From Clostridia bacterium (GTDB taxonomy: Bacteria > Bacillota > Clostridia > DUPQ01): 64,000 nucleotides of DNA. The translations under genes and the position numbers were made by a program. The notes under the pieces are model-generated. The model saw only the letters and a list, made by a program, of their open reading frames with translations. It was not told the DNA's origin and ran no database searches. This document shows, in pieces, positions 39,517 to 50,808 of the stretch. The first letter of the stretch is position 1. Every line of letters starts with the position of its first letter. The stretch lies in assembly GCA_041678685.1 (NCBI GenBank), contig JBAYNV010000003.1:24-64023 (forward strand), read 5' to 3'.

Positions 39517-39867
39517 ATGTTATTTAAAGAAGACGGGCACAAGGTATCTTACAAAGAAAACATGAGGGGCGGTAATGGAACCATTATGTTCAGTGAATTG
39601 ATACCCCAGGGGCTGCTCAATGAGAAGGGAAGGCTTTTTTCCAGGATCATGATAGAACCGGGTTGCTCGATCGGCTTTCATACTCATGAAGGCGAATATG
39701 AGATATATTACGTTCTTGAAGGCGAATTGATATATAACGAGAATAACGAAAAGGAATATATAATTGCGAAAGGGGATTGCACATACAATCCTGCCGGAAC
39801 AGGCCACGGAGTAAAAAACAACAGCAATAAACAGGCAGAAGTTATTGCTGTTATATTATTCGAGTAA
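39517..39867 (+). CDS. Cupin domain protein
   Basis: GCSIGFHTHEGEYEIYYVLEGE and GTGHG cupin motifs. The start at 39517 is preceded by GAGGA. Confidence 0.7.
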   Translation: MLFKEDGHKVSYKENMRGGNGTIMFSELIPQGLLNEKGRLFSRIMIEPGCSIGFHTHEGEYEIYYVLEGELIYNENNEKEYIIAKGDCTYNPAGTGHGVKNNSNKQAEVIAVILFE

Positions 39868-39882
39868 AGAAAAAGGGGTAGC

Positions 39883-40587
39883 ATGGGGTTTAACGGTAAG
39901 GTGGTAAAGGGTATTGTTTTTGACATGGACGGAGTGCTTATCGATTCAGAGCAGTTGATGAGCCTATCCGCGATCGAAGCTTTGAAGGAATTCGGTGTAG
40001 AGGCACAGCCTCAGGATTTCATACCCTATATGGGGCAGGGAGAGAACAGTTTTATAGGTAATGTATCAAGAAAGTACGGTGTTGAATATGAATATGCCAT
40101 GAAATACAGAGCATATGAAATATACGACTCGCTTGTTGAAACAAAAGCTAAATTTTTCCCGAATGTTAAAGAAACGATCATGGAACTCAAAAGGAGAGGT
40201 TACAGGATATCATTGGCTTCAGGAGCTGATCTTATGAAAGTAACCTCAAATATCCGGGCTATCGGTTTGGATAACAGTATTTTCAATGCTCTGGTAACAG
40301 GTAATGATGTAACGCTCGGAAAGCCAAATCCATACATATTTTTACTGGCAGCTGAAAAGATGAAGATGAATGCTGCTTACTGTATGGTATGTGAGGATAC
40401 GATAAGCGGTATAAAAGCCGCGAAAGCTGCGGGAATGCAGTGCTTAGGCATAACAAGTTCGCTTGAGAGTAAAGTGCTCATCAACTGCGGAGCGGATATG
40501 ACTTCTGAGAACATACAGATATTGCTTGATCATCTGTTACCATTAAAACCTGCGCAGCCTGCAGTGAATAAGAAACGTCAGCTGTAA
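39883..40587 (+). CDS. HAD-IA hydrolase (beta-phosphoglucomutase/phosphatase-like)
   Basis: IVFDMDGVLIDSE motif I, SGA, K, and EDTISGIKAAKAAG. Confidence 0.75.
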   Translation: MGFNGKVVKGIVFDMDGVLIDSEQLMSLSAIEALKEFGVEAQPQDFIPYMGQGENSFIGNVSRKYGVEYEYAMKYRAYEIYDSLVETKAKFFPNVKETIMELKRRGYRISLASGADLMKVTSNIRAIGLDNSIFNALVTGNDVTLGKPNPYIFLLAAEKMKMNAAYCMVCEDTISGIKAAKAAGMQCLGITSSLESKVLINCGADMTSENIQILLDHLLPLKPAQPAVNKKRQL

Positions 40588-40599
40588 TTTATTTTGTTA

Positions 40600-40628
40600 T
40601 TGACAGTAAAAGCAGAAGTTTATATAAT
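40600..40628 (+). promoter_or_regulatory. Consensus sigma-A promoter (TTGACA-17-TATAAT) for tRNA-Trp
   Basis: TTGACA 40600-40605, a 17-nt spacer, TATAAT 40623-40628, about 18 nt upstream of the tRNA 5' end. Confidence 0.55.
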
Positions 40629-40646
40629 TCCTTTTACCGGCTATTT

Positions 40647-40722
40647 AGGGAAGTAGTTCAATTGGTAGAGCAGCGGTCTCCAAAACCGTTTGTTGCGGGT
40701 TCAAATCCTGTCTTCCCTGCCA
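40647..40722 (+). tRNA. tRNA-Trp (anticodon CCA)
   Basis: Cloverleaf: acceptor AGGGAAG/CUUCCCU, anticodon loop CUCCAAA, T-loop UUCAAAU, encoded CCA end. Close to B. subtilis tRNA-Trp. Confidence 0.85.
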
Positions 40723-40727
40723 GGAAA

Positions 40728-40762
40728 AAGCTCTTTTGTCATAAGGACAAGAGAGTTTTTCT
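40728..40762 (+). terminator. Rho-independent terminator after tRNA-Trp
   Basis: CTCTTTTGTC-ataag-GACAAGAGAG followed by TTTTT. Confidence 0.55.
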
Positions 40763-40922
40763 ATATAAAGCAGTTCTCTTATCCTGGATTTTTATTTACA
40801 TTGATTTTTATAAAGAAACATATATGGATTCTGTTATAATATTCATATAAATGATGAATTAACAGAACCTTTATATGATCAGAACAGTCTAATTGCTTGA
40901 TTATGCTTAATGGAGAATTGAT

Positions 40923-41468
40923 ATGAGAAAAATGATTTGTGTACTGATAGTATGTATAATGCTCGTAACCATGACAGGATGCGGGAATGACTTGAAGCAG
41001 TATCATGTGGATGATGATATAGTATTCATCTGTGTATACAGGAATGCGGCATGGGGTTTCCAATTCAGGGGGACAGCAATATATGACAACGGGCATATAG
41101 TAAGTTTTGCCCTGACTGAGAATAAGTATGACAGTATGACAGCGGACAAGGATGAAAACACCCAGGAATTCAACAAAGAACTGCTGGAATATGTCAGTTC
41201 GCGTCCTGTAGACAACACGGTAACATTGAATGCGGCTGATGTGGCCAGTAATTACCTGATTTTTCTTAAGGTAGATCCGAACGCTGAATTTACAAGCGAG
41301 CAGAACCGTTACGATTACGGGCAGAACACATATTACGGCGTGATATATGACGAGAAAGGCAATGGCGAATTCATAGAGATATATTCATTCGGAGACTACA
41401 TTCGTACCATGCAGGATACAAATGCCCAGAAAGTCGCCAAATGGATGGTAAATTCAATAGGTGAATGA
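40923..41468 (+). CDS. Lipoprotein, hypothetical (181 aa)
   Basis: Signal peptide with lipobox VTMTGC. No recognisable domain. Confidence 0.5.
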   Translation: MRKMICVLIVCIMLVTMTGCGNDLKQYHVDDDIVFICVYRNAAWGFQFRGTAIYDNGHIVSFALTENKYDSMTADKDENTQEFNKELLEYVSSRPVDNTVTLNAADVASNYLIFLKVDPNAEFTSEQNRYDYGQNTYYGVIYDEKGNGEFIEIYSFGDYIRTMQDTNAQKVAKWMVNSIGE

Positions 41469-41543
41469 CCCTATATATACAAGATTGTATTTTGTAGTAT
41501 AATATGGTCTGATAAAGTTCAGCATCAGATTAGGAGAACATAT

Positions 41544-42254
41544 ATGCTAAAAATAGATAACCTTTCCAAAACATACAAGAATGCAGTAAAAGCTGTAGAT
41601 GGCATATCGCTGGAGATCATGGCGGGGGATATATTTGGTTTTATAGGCCCGAACGGAGCAGGGAAGACGACAACGCTCAAATGCGTTGCAGGTATCCTGA
41701 ACTTCGAAAGCGGTCTTATATTGATAAACGGTAAAAACATTAAAGAAGACCCAGTAGGATGCAAGGCTGACATAGCCTACATACCTGATAATCCTGATAT
41801 ATATGAATCCCTTACAGGAGTACAGTATCTGAATTTCATCGCTGATATATTCAAGGTCTCAAAAGCGGACAGAGAGAGATTGGCAGAATATTATGCAACG
41901 AAACTGTCTTTCAATGATGCTCTTGGGGATGTGATCTCATCTTATTCGCATGGAATGAAGCAGAAACTGGTCATAATATCTGCTTTGATACACAGTCCGA
42001 AGCTTTTGATATTGGATGAACCTTTTACAGGACTGGATCCTCAGGCTGCATTTACGGTAAAAGAAATAATGCATACTATGTGTAAGGAAGGCGGAGCTGT
42101 TTTCTTTTCCACACATATTCTTGATGTAGCTGAGAAGATATGCAATAAAGTTGCTATTATAAAGTCAGGCAGGATAGTCGCATCGGGTGATCTGGATAGC
42201 GTAAAGGGAGACCAGTCCCTCGAAGGAATATTTATGGAGCTTGCTGCAAAATGA
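41544..42254 (+). CDS. ABC transporter ATP-binding protein
   Basis: Walker A GPNGAGKTT, the LSGGMKQ-like signature (YSHGMKQK), and Walker B LLILDEP. Confidence 0.85.
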   Translation: MLKIDNLSKTYKNAVKAVDGISLEIMAGDIFGFIGPNGAGKTTTLKCVAGILNFESGLILINGKNIKEDPVGCKADIAYIPDNPDIYESLTGVQYLNFIADIFKVSKADRERLAEYYATKLSFNDALGDVISSYSHGMKQKLVIISALIHSPKLLILDEPFTGLDPQAAFTVKEIMHTMCKEGGAVFFSTHILDVAEKICNKVAIIKSGRIVASGDLDSVKGDQSLEGIFMELAAK

Positions 42255-43858
42255 ATATTTTATCATCTCTTTTAAAAGCGGATCTCGTGAATTCATTTGC
42301 TTTGAATGAACTAAAAAACAAAAACAACAGAAAAAAAGCTGTTGGTATGATAGCAGTATCCCTTCTTGTTGTTTTAATGTGTTTTATATATATAGGCGGA
42401 GCGTCATGGTTCATATCCGATATCCTTTTAAAAATGGGAATGCTGGATATATTACTGGTATTTTCTTTTATCATGCCTTTTATGATACTCTTTCTGATGG
42501 ATATATATAAAATGCCGTCTCATCTTTTTTCATTCAAGGATTATGATCTTCTGATGTCATTACCTATCAGGGATAATACGGTCCTGACCGCTAAGGTCTT
42601 AAGGATAATGACAGAAAGTTATGTATGGGAATTCCTTGTGAGTTTCCCCATATTTCTGGTTTATTGTATAAAATGTCCCGACCTTGGTATTATGACCGTG
42701 TTGCTCTATATCCTCATGTTCATCGCCATACCTGCCCTGCCAATGAGCATAGGAGCGGTTTTTGCATTGCTTATCGCTAAGATATCCATAAAAATGAGGA
42801 ATAAGAATGTAGTAATAATAATAGGATCATTTGCACTCCTTATACTGATAATGGGTCTGTCATTTTCCATACAGAGCATCATGAATGAGCAAGTGATCAT
42901 GAATGCAATGGAGCAGTTTGGTAACCTTGTTAAAAGCTTTTTCATGTTTGATCTGTATCTGAAAGCTGTTGTCGGACACGATATTGTATCAACGCTGATT
43001 TTACTTGCGATCCTTATCGTTCCATTTTTCGTATTCATAAACATTTTCGGAAAATCATTCAAACACATCAACTCAGCTATGATGGAGACAAAAGCCCAAA
43101 GAAGCATCAAGGGTATAAAATTTATTTCGGATTCACCGGTAATTGCCATAGCAAAAAAGGAGATCAATTTTTATACACACTGCATAATATATATAACTAA
43201 CACAATGTTTGGCATGGTATTGCTTTTTATAGGCAGTATTGCGGCCGCTGTGATGGGCGATAAAGTCGATGTATTCATAGCGACATACAGCGTGTTCGGA
43301 TTTACTGAAGCAGATACCAAAATGATGGTGATTTCGGTCGTAATAACCTATTGCATGATCTTATGCTCGCCATGCTCTGCCTCTATATCGCTTGAAGGTA
43401 AGAATCTATGGATACTCAAATCCATGCCTGTGGATGAAAAAACGATATTTAAAGGAAAACTGGGTCTCGGACTGGTCGTGACTATTCCTATCGGTGTCCT
43501 CAGTTCTATAATAATATATATCGCCCTTGGCCTTACATTCGTGCAATGGCTCGTGGTACTGCTGCTCACCATTTCCTGTGGCATACTTGCATCAATGCTT
43601 GGTTTATTTGTAAATCTGTTGTTCCCTAAAATGGAGTTCAAATCTCCGACAGAAGTCGTAAAACAATCAGCTGCATCAGGGATAAGCATTTTTGCCGGAA
43701 TGTTCATAGTGATAGCTACGATCATTATAGGTTCATTGCTAAAAACCCAGAATATAACTTTATTCGTTTTGTTCGCAGGTATCGCATATCTGCTGTTATC
43801 CGCAGCTTTCTGGTATTTCATCACTCATAAAGGCGTAAGGATATTCAGAGGTCTGTAA
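42251..43858 (+). CDS. ABC-2-type multi-pass permease (535 aa)
   Basis: About 10-12 TM helices and a 4-nt overlap with the ATPase gene. Confidence 0.55.
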   Translation: MNILSSLLKADLVNSFALNELKNKNNRKKAVGMIAVSLLVVLMCFIYIGGASWFISDILLKMGMLDILLVFSFIMPFMILFLMDIYKMPSHLFSFKDYDLLMSLPIRDNTVLTAKVLRIMTESYVWEFLVSFPIFLVYCIKCPDLGIMTVLLYILMFIAIPALPMSIGAVFALLIAKISIKMRNKNVVIIIGSFALLILIMGLSFSIQSIMNEQVIMNAMEQFGNLVKSFFMFDLYLKAVVGHDIVSTLILLAILIVPFFVFINIFGKSFKHINSAMMETKAQRSIKGIKFISDSPVIAIAKKEINFYTHCIIYITNTMFGMVLLFIGSIAAAVMGDKVDVFIATYSVFGFTEADTKMMVISVVITYCMILCSPCSASISLEGKNLWILKSMPVDEKTIFKGKLGLGLVVTIPIGVLSSIIIYIALGLTFVQWLVVLLLTISCGILASMLGLFVNLLFPKMEFKSPTEVVKQSAASGISIFAGMFIVIATIIIGSLLKTQNITLFVLFAGIAYLLLSAAFWYFITHKGVRIFRGL

Positions 43859-43954
43859 AAATGTCGTATCAATAAATCACTTGATATTTGAAGGCTATAT
43901 TATATAATTAGGATAATACAAAAGATAAGGCAGATATGATTGAAAGGGAAACTT

Positions 43955-45550
43955 ATGAGTAAAACAAAAAGAACAAAAATTTCATTGATGCTGGCGATTA
44001 TCTGCATCTTTTCTTTTTCCTGTATAAATATAGCTGATGCGACCATATATGCTCCGTTATATCTGCAGGTAGGTCTGTTTTTTGGAACTACGGCCAAAGA
44101 TTCATATACAGTAAAAAGCTCATATGGCCTGAATATGACTATAAATATAGGCGGCGCGGATATAGCTTTTGCCACATCATATGAAAATATGGAAGTCGCT
44201 AAAGATACGGGAACATATTCCTATCATATAATCCGGGACGATAATTACAGCACATACCAGCAGGCTCTTGATGTATCAAATGCAATGAAAAATGCAGGGT
44301 GTTCTTCTTTCCCGGTATATGCGGCGTCCGGTTACTTTCAGGTCTGGATAGGGAGCTATACATCAAGCACATCGGCTTCGAACGGTGTAGCGGGAGTAGC
44401 TGCAAAATACCCTGGTGCATATTCCACCGTAGCTTATCCGTCCAGCGCAAGGATACTGGTAAGGGATTCAGCTACAGCTGTCATACTTTTTGCATGTGAT
44501 AATCCTCTTGCCCCTGTTATCGCAAAAACCGTTAATACCGGAACGGATTCATATATGCTGATAGACGGAAAGGCATACAGAGGCAATCTGGAATTCTCCA
44601 TCTTTTTCTCCAGCGAGCTCTGCGTGTTGAATAACCTCATTCTTGAGTACTATGTATACGGTGTCGTTGCTTTGGAGATAGGAAGCGGCAGCTCGATGGA
44701 AGCGCTCAAGGCGCAGGCTGTGTGCGCAAGAACATATGCGTTATGCCAGCAGAAGCATCAGTCATACGGCTTCGATGTGTGCAGTACAACATGCTGTCAG
44801 GTGTATGGAGGATATTATGCTGAGACTTCAAGGACCAATCAGGCCACTAACGAGACATACGGAAAAGTCGTCACATATAACGGATCATTGATAACGCCTT
44901 ACTATTTCAGTTCTTCAGGAGGATACACAGAGAATTCGGAAAATGTCTGGGTCTCGACTGTATCGTATCTGAAATCCGTTGTGGATACATATGATATAAA
45001 CAGGACATGGAGTTATACGTTTACACAGAAGCAGATGACGGAGTATATGTACAAATGCGGATACAATATAGGCGATGTTCTTAAAGTGATCATTGATTCC
45101 AGTTCATATACGGGAAGAGTACTGTCTATGACCGTCAATGGTTCCACGGGATCGCACACATTCCTGAAATCCAACGTCAGAGGGGCTTTCCCGACTTATC
45201 TTCCAAGCCAGATGTTCGTACTTGGAGGACAGGCGCAGGTCGCGGTTGCTGACGGCAGCGGGACAGTGACAAACAGGACATTGGACGGAGCAAGTATAAT
45301 GGGTAAATACAACACATCGCTGATAAGTTCAAAATCGATAGGCATCCAGACAATGACAGGGATAGAGACTATTTCGATAGTGGTAGCGGATAACAGCACG
45401 GATATATCGGTTTCAGGCAGAGGAAGCGGACATGGAGTAGGCATGGCACAGTATGGAGCCATAAACATGGCGGCGGCCGGTTATACATACCAGCAGATAA
45501 TCAAATACTTCTATAAAGGAGTGGAGATAGAATCGGTAACATTAAGATAA
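43955..45550 (+). CDS. SpoIID/LytB domain protein (secreted)
   Basis: Signal peptide. YYVYGVVALEIGSGSSMEALKAQAVCARTYAL is the SpoIID/LytB core. The start at 43955 is preferred. Confidence 0.75.
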   Translation: MSKTKRTKISLMLAIICIFSFSCINIADATIYAPLYLQVGLFFGTTAKDSYTVKSSYGLNMTINIGGADIAFATSYENMEVAKDTGTYSYHIIRDDNYSTYQQALDVSNAMKNAGCSSFPVYAASGYFQVWIGSYTSSTSASNGVAGVAAKYPGAYSTVAYPSSARILVRDSATAVILFACDNPLAPVIAKTVNTGTDSYMLIDGKAYRGNLEFSIFFSSELCVLNNLILEYYVYGVVALEIGSGSSMEALKAQAVCARTYALCQQKHQSYGFDVCSTTCCQVYGGYYAETSRTNQATNETYGKVVTYNGSLITPYYFSSSGGYTENSENVWVSTVSYLKSVVDTYDINRTWSYTFTQKQMTEYMYKCGYNIGDVLKVIIDSSSYTGRVLSMTVNGSTGSHTFLKSNVRGAFPTYLPSQMFVLGGQAQVAVADGSGTVTNRTLDGASIMGKYNTSLISSKSIGIQTMTGIETISIVVADNSTDISVSGRGSGHGVGMAQYGAINMAAAGYTYQQIIKYFYKGVEIESVTLR

Positions 45551-46588
45551 ATGAAAAAAAGTGATTTTTATTATGATCTTCCGCAGGAACTGATCGCACA
45601 GCATCCTTTAAATATAAGAGATTCATCAAGGCTTCTGGTCGTAGACAGGTGTACAGGGGAATTCGAACATAAGACATTTAAGGATATATATGATTATATG
45701 GATGCGGGTGACTGTCTTGTCCTCAATGAAACGAAAGTAATACCTGCAAGACTTATTGGTCTTCGGGAAGATTCTCTGACGAGTAAAATCGAATTCCTTT
45801 TGTTAAAGAGAATAAATGATACCGACTGGGAAGTGTTGACCAAGCCGGGTAAAAAAGCAGGTATCGGGAAAAGATTCATATTCGGCGACGGTGCATTAAA
45901 ATCGACCGTACTTGAAATAACTGACTTTGGCAACAGGATAGTCAGATTCGAATTCAACGGTATATTCGAAGAAATACTTGACCAGGTCGGGCTTGTCCCT
46001 CTTCCTCCGTATATTACGGAAAAACTGGAAGACAAAAGCAGATATCAGACCGTTTATGCCAAGGAAAATGGTTCATCTGCAGCTCCTACCGCAGGGCTTC
46101 ACTTCACGCCGGAACTGTTGAAATCTATATCAGATAAAGGTATCAATATAGTGAAAGTAACACTTCATGTCGGTATGGGAACGTTCAGACCTGTAAAGGA
46201 AGATAACGTAGAAGATCATAAAATGCATTCCGAGTACTTCAGGATAAGCAAGGAAGTAGCCGGCATCATAAATAACACTAAGAAAAGCGGGAAAAAGGTG
46301 ATATGCTGCGGTACTACCAGCTTAAGAACGGTTGAAGGAGCCTCTGATGAAAACGGGCATCTTGAAGAGAAGTCAGGCAATACGGAGATATTTATATATC
46401 CAGGATATAAGTTCAAGGTAGCGGATGAACTGATAACGAATTTCCATCTTCCTGAATCTACTCTTATAATGCTTGTTTCGGCTATGGCCGGAAGAGAAAA
46501 CATACTGGAAGCATATAGGGAAGCAATAAGGGAAAAATACAGGTTTTTTTCATTTGGAGATGCAATGTTCATAAGAGATACTAAGTAG
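45551..46588 (+). CDS. queA: S-adenosylmethionine:tRNA ribosyltransferase-isomerase
   Basis: [20 protein letters not shown]-terminus and [10 protein letters not shown] motif. Confidence 0.9.
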   Translation: MKKSDFYYDLPQELIAQHPLNIRDSSRLLVVDRCTGEFEHKTFKDIYDYMDAGDCLVLNETKVIPARLIGLREDSLTSKIEFLLLKRINDTDWEVLTKPGKKAGIGKRFIFGDGALKSTVLEITDFGNRIVRFEFNGIFEEILDQVGLVPLPPYITEKLEDKSRYQTVYAKENGSSAAPTAGLHFTPELLKSISDKGINIVKVTLHVGMGTFRPVKEDNVEDHKMHSEYFRISKEVAGIINNTKKSGKKVICCGTTSLRTVEGASDENGHLEEKSGNTEIFIYPGYKFKVADELITNFHLPESTLIMLVSAMAGRENILEAYREAIREKYRFFSFGDAMFIRDTK

Positions 46589-46596
46589 CCCTTTAA

Positions 46597-47781
<1,185 letters not shown>

Positions 47782-47795
47782 TTGGAGGCTAAAAA

Positions 47796-48155
47796 ATGTT
47801 TAATATGTTTAAGTTACTTGCTGAAACAACAGCTGACACCGGAACAACTAACTATACATCCCTTATACTTATCGTTGTAGTATTTGTAGTAATGTATGCA
47901 GTGATACTTATTCCGCAAAGAAAGAAAGACAAGAAATTAAAGAAGATGCTTGCAGAACTTAAAGCAGGTGATTCGATCTGCACAATAGGCGGCATAACAG
48001 GAAAAATAATCAATGTCAGAGATGACGAGCTCACTATCGAAACAAGTATTGAAAGATCACAGATACAGATTAAGAAATGGGCAATAAGAAATGTTGAAGA
48101 AGTAAATGAAGAATCTGTTTCCGAACAGCCTACAGGAGAGATCGAGAAGAAATAG
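47796..48155 (+). CDS. yajC: Preprotein translocase subunit YajC
   Basis: Single TM plus LKAGDSICTIGGITGKI. Confidence 0.8.
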   Translation: MFNMFKLLAETTADTGTTNYTSLILIVVVFVVMYAVILIPQRKKDKKLKKMLAELKAGDSICTIGGITGKIINVRDDELTIETSIERSQIQIKKWAIRNVEEVNEESVSEQPTGEIEKK

Positions 48156-48187
48156 TAATAATATTGATCAATATTATATTAACGATA

Positions 48188-48218
48188 AAAAAAGCCTTTG
48201 ATGGGCTTTTTTTTATTT
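48188..48218 (+). terminator. Rho-independent terminator after yajC
   Basis: AAAGCC-tttgatg-GGCTTT followed by TTTTTT. Confidence 0.5.
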
Positions 48219-48241
48219 AGAGAATAGTTTATTATCAGTAT

Positions 48242-49006
48242 ATGAACGAAAACAGGAAAGTAAGGTTGTATTTACTTGATGAGATACGCGGATTCCTAAT
48301 CTATGGGGTTATTATCTCACATACGCTTTTTGACCTGCGATTCATATTCGGATACAGCATACCCTGGGTCGGATCTGCTTTTATACAGACATTGTTCGAG
48401 ACGGGAGCATGCCTGTTCATACTTATATCGGGCATGGTTTCAAAATATTCCAGAGACAATCTTGGCAGAGGATTCAAACTGTTGGCTATAGCAATGACGA
48501 TTACTCTTCTTACCGATATTTTTATGCCTGACATGGTGATGTATCTTGGCATACTGCATCATCTTGCATTTGCGATCATAATAAGCGAGCTTCTTATGCC
48601 GGTATTTAAAAAGATACCCAGTGTGATAGGTATAATATTTAATTTATTGATATTTATCTTGACATGGGATATATATAACCGTGTCCTTAGCTTCTTCGGA
48701 CTGTTTAAAATAACTATACCTCCTGATATGTTTGACGGTGGCCTTTCGTATCTGCTTGGTTTTCACATACAGGGCATACAGCTTTCGTCGGACTATTATC
48801 CTATTCTGCCATGGATGATGATGTTTTTTCTTGGCATATTCCTGATCAACTACATAGAAAAAGAGCCTTTAAAGACTTTCTTCAGTAAATCCAGATGCGT
48901 ATTTCTTCAGAAAAGCGGAAGGGTATCTTTATGGATATACCTCGTTCATCAGCCTTTGGTATATGGAATAATATATCTGCTGAAGAATATACTGAAGATC
49001 ATATAA
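48242..49006 (+). CDS. DUF1624/acyltransferase-3-like polytopic membrane protein
   Basis: RLYLLDEIRGFLIYGVIISH N-terminal motif and about 8 TM helices. Confidence 0.5.
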   Translation: MNENRKVRLYLLDEIRGFLIYGVIISHTLFDLRFIFGYSIPWVGSAFIQTLFETGACLFILISGMVSKYSRDNLGRGFKLLAIAMTITLLTDIFMPDMVMYLGILHHLAFAIIISELLMPVFKKIPSVIGIIFNLLIFILTWDIYNRVLSFFGLFKITIPPDMFDGGLSYLLGFHIQGIQLSSDYYPILPWMMMFFLGIFLINYIEKEPLKTFFSKSRCVFLQKSGRVSLWIYLVHQPLVYGIIYLLKNILKII

Positions 49007-49016
49007 CTGTAACTGA

Positions 49017-50261
49017 TCAATGGATATATAGAAAAGCAGTGAACAGTTCCATATACGCTTTATCCGCCGAGTTGCGAATATCCACGGTCGTAACGGTGAC
49101 ACCGTTTGATGCAAAATATTTTTTGTCCATGTAGTAACCGGGCGTATCATGAAGTATGTAATATTTCTGGTCATACTTGCCTATATACAGCATGACATGA
49201 CCGTCCATGAATATCATAGTGCCTGCAGGTAAGCCATCCAACTGAACCTGCTTTTCATTTATACTTAATGAACCAACAGAGATGTTTTCCGGTGACATCG
49301 TTTCCTGCTGATCGGTGTTTCTCCTGAGTTTTATACCCATCGACCTGTATATGTCCATCATCAATGATGAGCAGTCCCTGTAACCGTTCATGCCGCCCCA
49401 GCTGTATGGTTCGCCTATGAACTTGCTCGCCTGCGTGAGTACATTCTTCTGGGTATATGGAAGATAACCGATAGACGCATCATCTTTTTTTATGTATCCA
49501 AAAGAGAAAGTCAGGCAGCCGTTGTTATCTTTCTGAGGGCACAGTACGGTATATGTTTCCTCATTTATACTTACCAATGGAAATTCGATACCCATATCCA
49601 GTTCTCTGTCAGAGTAAAGCATATATGCTTTTGGTTCCTGTATAACAATGAAATTCATGTTCGATTCATACAGATCAATGATATCTTTAGAAGTCAGTGC
49701 GACATTCTCTTTTTTGATCCAACCTTCATAATTGTACATCTTTATAAACAACCATTTTCCGTCTGTACTGGTATGAAGCACTGCTACGGGTTCAAAGGGA
49801 AGCACTACGGATTCCTGAAATCTGTCATATGGTGAAGTAACGCTGGAAAACAACACATCGTCGGTCGGAAATGTCCTTAGCGGGCTTCTGGAAATCACGA
49901 TCCCGTATGATATCTCATTCTTTTCACTTATACTGTTGATATTGAGACTTTTACGTAATGCAGTATAGTATTCAGGTCTCACTTCAGATCTTGTCCCGTT
50001 AACATTTGCCACATATCTGGGGCCCGACGGTATCATACTGATAGCGAATATTTTTTCCTTAAGCTGGCCGTAACTGAGAACTGAAGAGGAAATATGTATG
50101 CTGTCATTCTGTCCGTTCCATTTTTCTATCTGATCCTCCGTCATGATGACCGAATCAGATGAATCAGTGACAGCGCGACCGATGATATCATCAGTTGCAC
50201 TGACGCTTAGTAAAAGAAACAGGAAAAATATAGCGGATATTGTTGCAACATGCTTTTTCAT
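49017..50261 (-). CDS. Secreted NlpC/P60 (C40) family cell-wall peptidase
   Basis: Signal peptide, and the C-terminal GEPYSWGG...RDCSSLMMDIY...GHVMLYIG Cys-His pattern. The start at 50261 (MKKHVATIS) is preferred. Confidence 0.7.
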   Translation of the reverse strand: MKKHVATISAIFFLFLLLSVSATDDIIGRAVTDSSDSVIMTEDQIEKWNGQNDSIHISSSVLSYGQLKEKIFAISMIPSGPRYVANVNGTRSEVRPEYYTALRKSLNINSISEKNEISYGIVISRSPLRTFPTDDVLFSSVTSPYDRFQESVVLPFEPVAVLHTSTDGKWLFIKMYNYEGWIKKENVALTSKDIIDLYESNMNFIVIQEPKAYMLYSDRELDMGIEFPLVSINEETYTVLCPQKDNNGCLTFSFGYIKKDDASIGYLPYTQKNVLTQASKFIGEPYSWGGMNGYRDCSSLMMDIYRSMGIKLRRNTDQQETMSPENISVGSLSINEKQVQLDGLPAGTMIFMDGHVMLYIGKYDQKYYILHDTPGYYMDKKYFASNGVTVTTVDIRNSADKAYMELFTAFLYIH

Positions 50262-50356
50262 GTTATGATTATAACATCGTAAAGAACAAAAAACTTTTAA
50301 AAATACGTTATTATACAGTATAATATCCATAAGGATCATGGATTCGGAGGAAAGAT

Positions 50357-50806
50357 ATGAAAGTAATACTTGCAGAAGATATTAAAGAACTCGGTAAAAA
50401 GAACCAGATGGTGGAAGTCAGCGAGGGTTATGCAAGAAATTTTCTTTTTAAGAAAAAGCTTGCAATAATGGCGGACGTTAAGAATGTCAATATAATGAAA
50501 GATAAGATGCAGTCTGATAACAGCAGAAAAGAAAGAGATCTTATCGAAGCTAATATACTAAAGTCCAAACTCGCAGATAAGGCAGTCGATATATTTGTAC
50601 GTGCAGGAGAAAATGGAAGGCTGTTCGGATCCATAACATCGCAGGATATCGCAGATGCGATCAGGCAACAGCTCAAATCCGATATAGACAAGAGAAAGAT
50701 CATACTTCCTGATTCAATAAAAAATATAGGTACAGCTACTGTAACTATCAAAATACACAGTGAAGTGTCGGTCAATATCAATGTCAATGTGAAAGAGAAG
50801 GAATAA
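50357..50806 (+). CDS. rplI: 50S ribosomal protein L9
   Basis: MKVILAEDIKELGKKNQMVEVSEGYARNFL. Confidence 0.9.
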   Translation: MKVILAEDIKELGKKNQMVEVSEGYARNFLFKKKLAIMADVKNVNIMKDKMQSDNSRKERDLIEANILKSKLADKAVDIFVRAGENGRLFGSITSQDIADAIRQQLKSDIDKRKIILPDSIKNIGTATVTIKIHSEVSVNINVNVKEKE

Positions 50807-50808
50807 AC

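Noticed and set aside
40662-40850. ORF (62 aa) overlapping tRNA-Trp
   Set aside because: It starts inside the tRNA and runs through the terminator hairpin. It is a spurious ORF.
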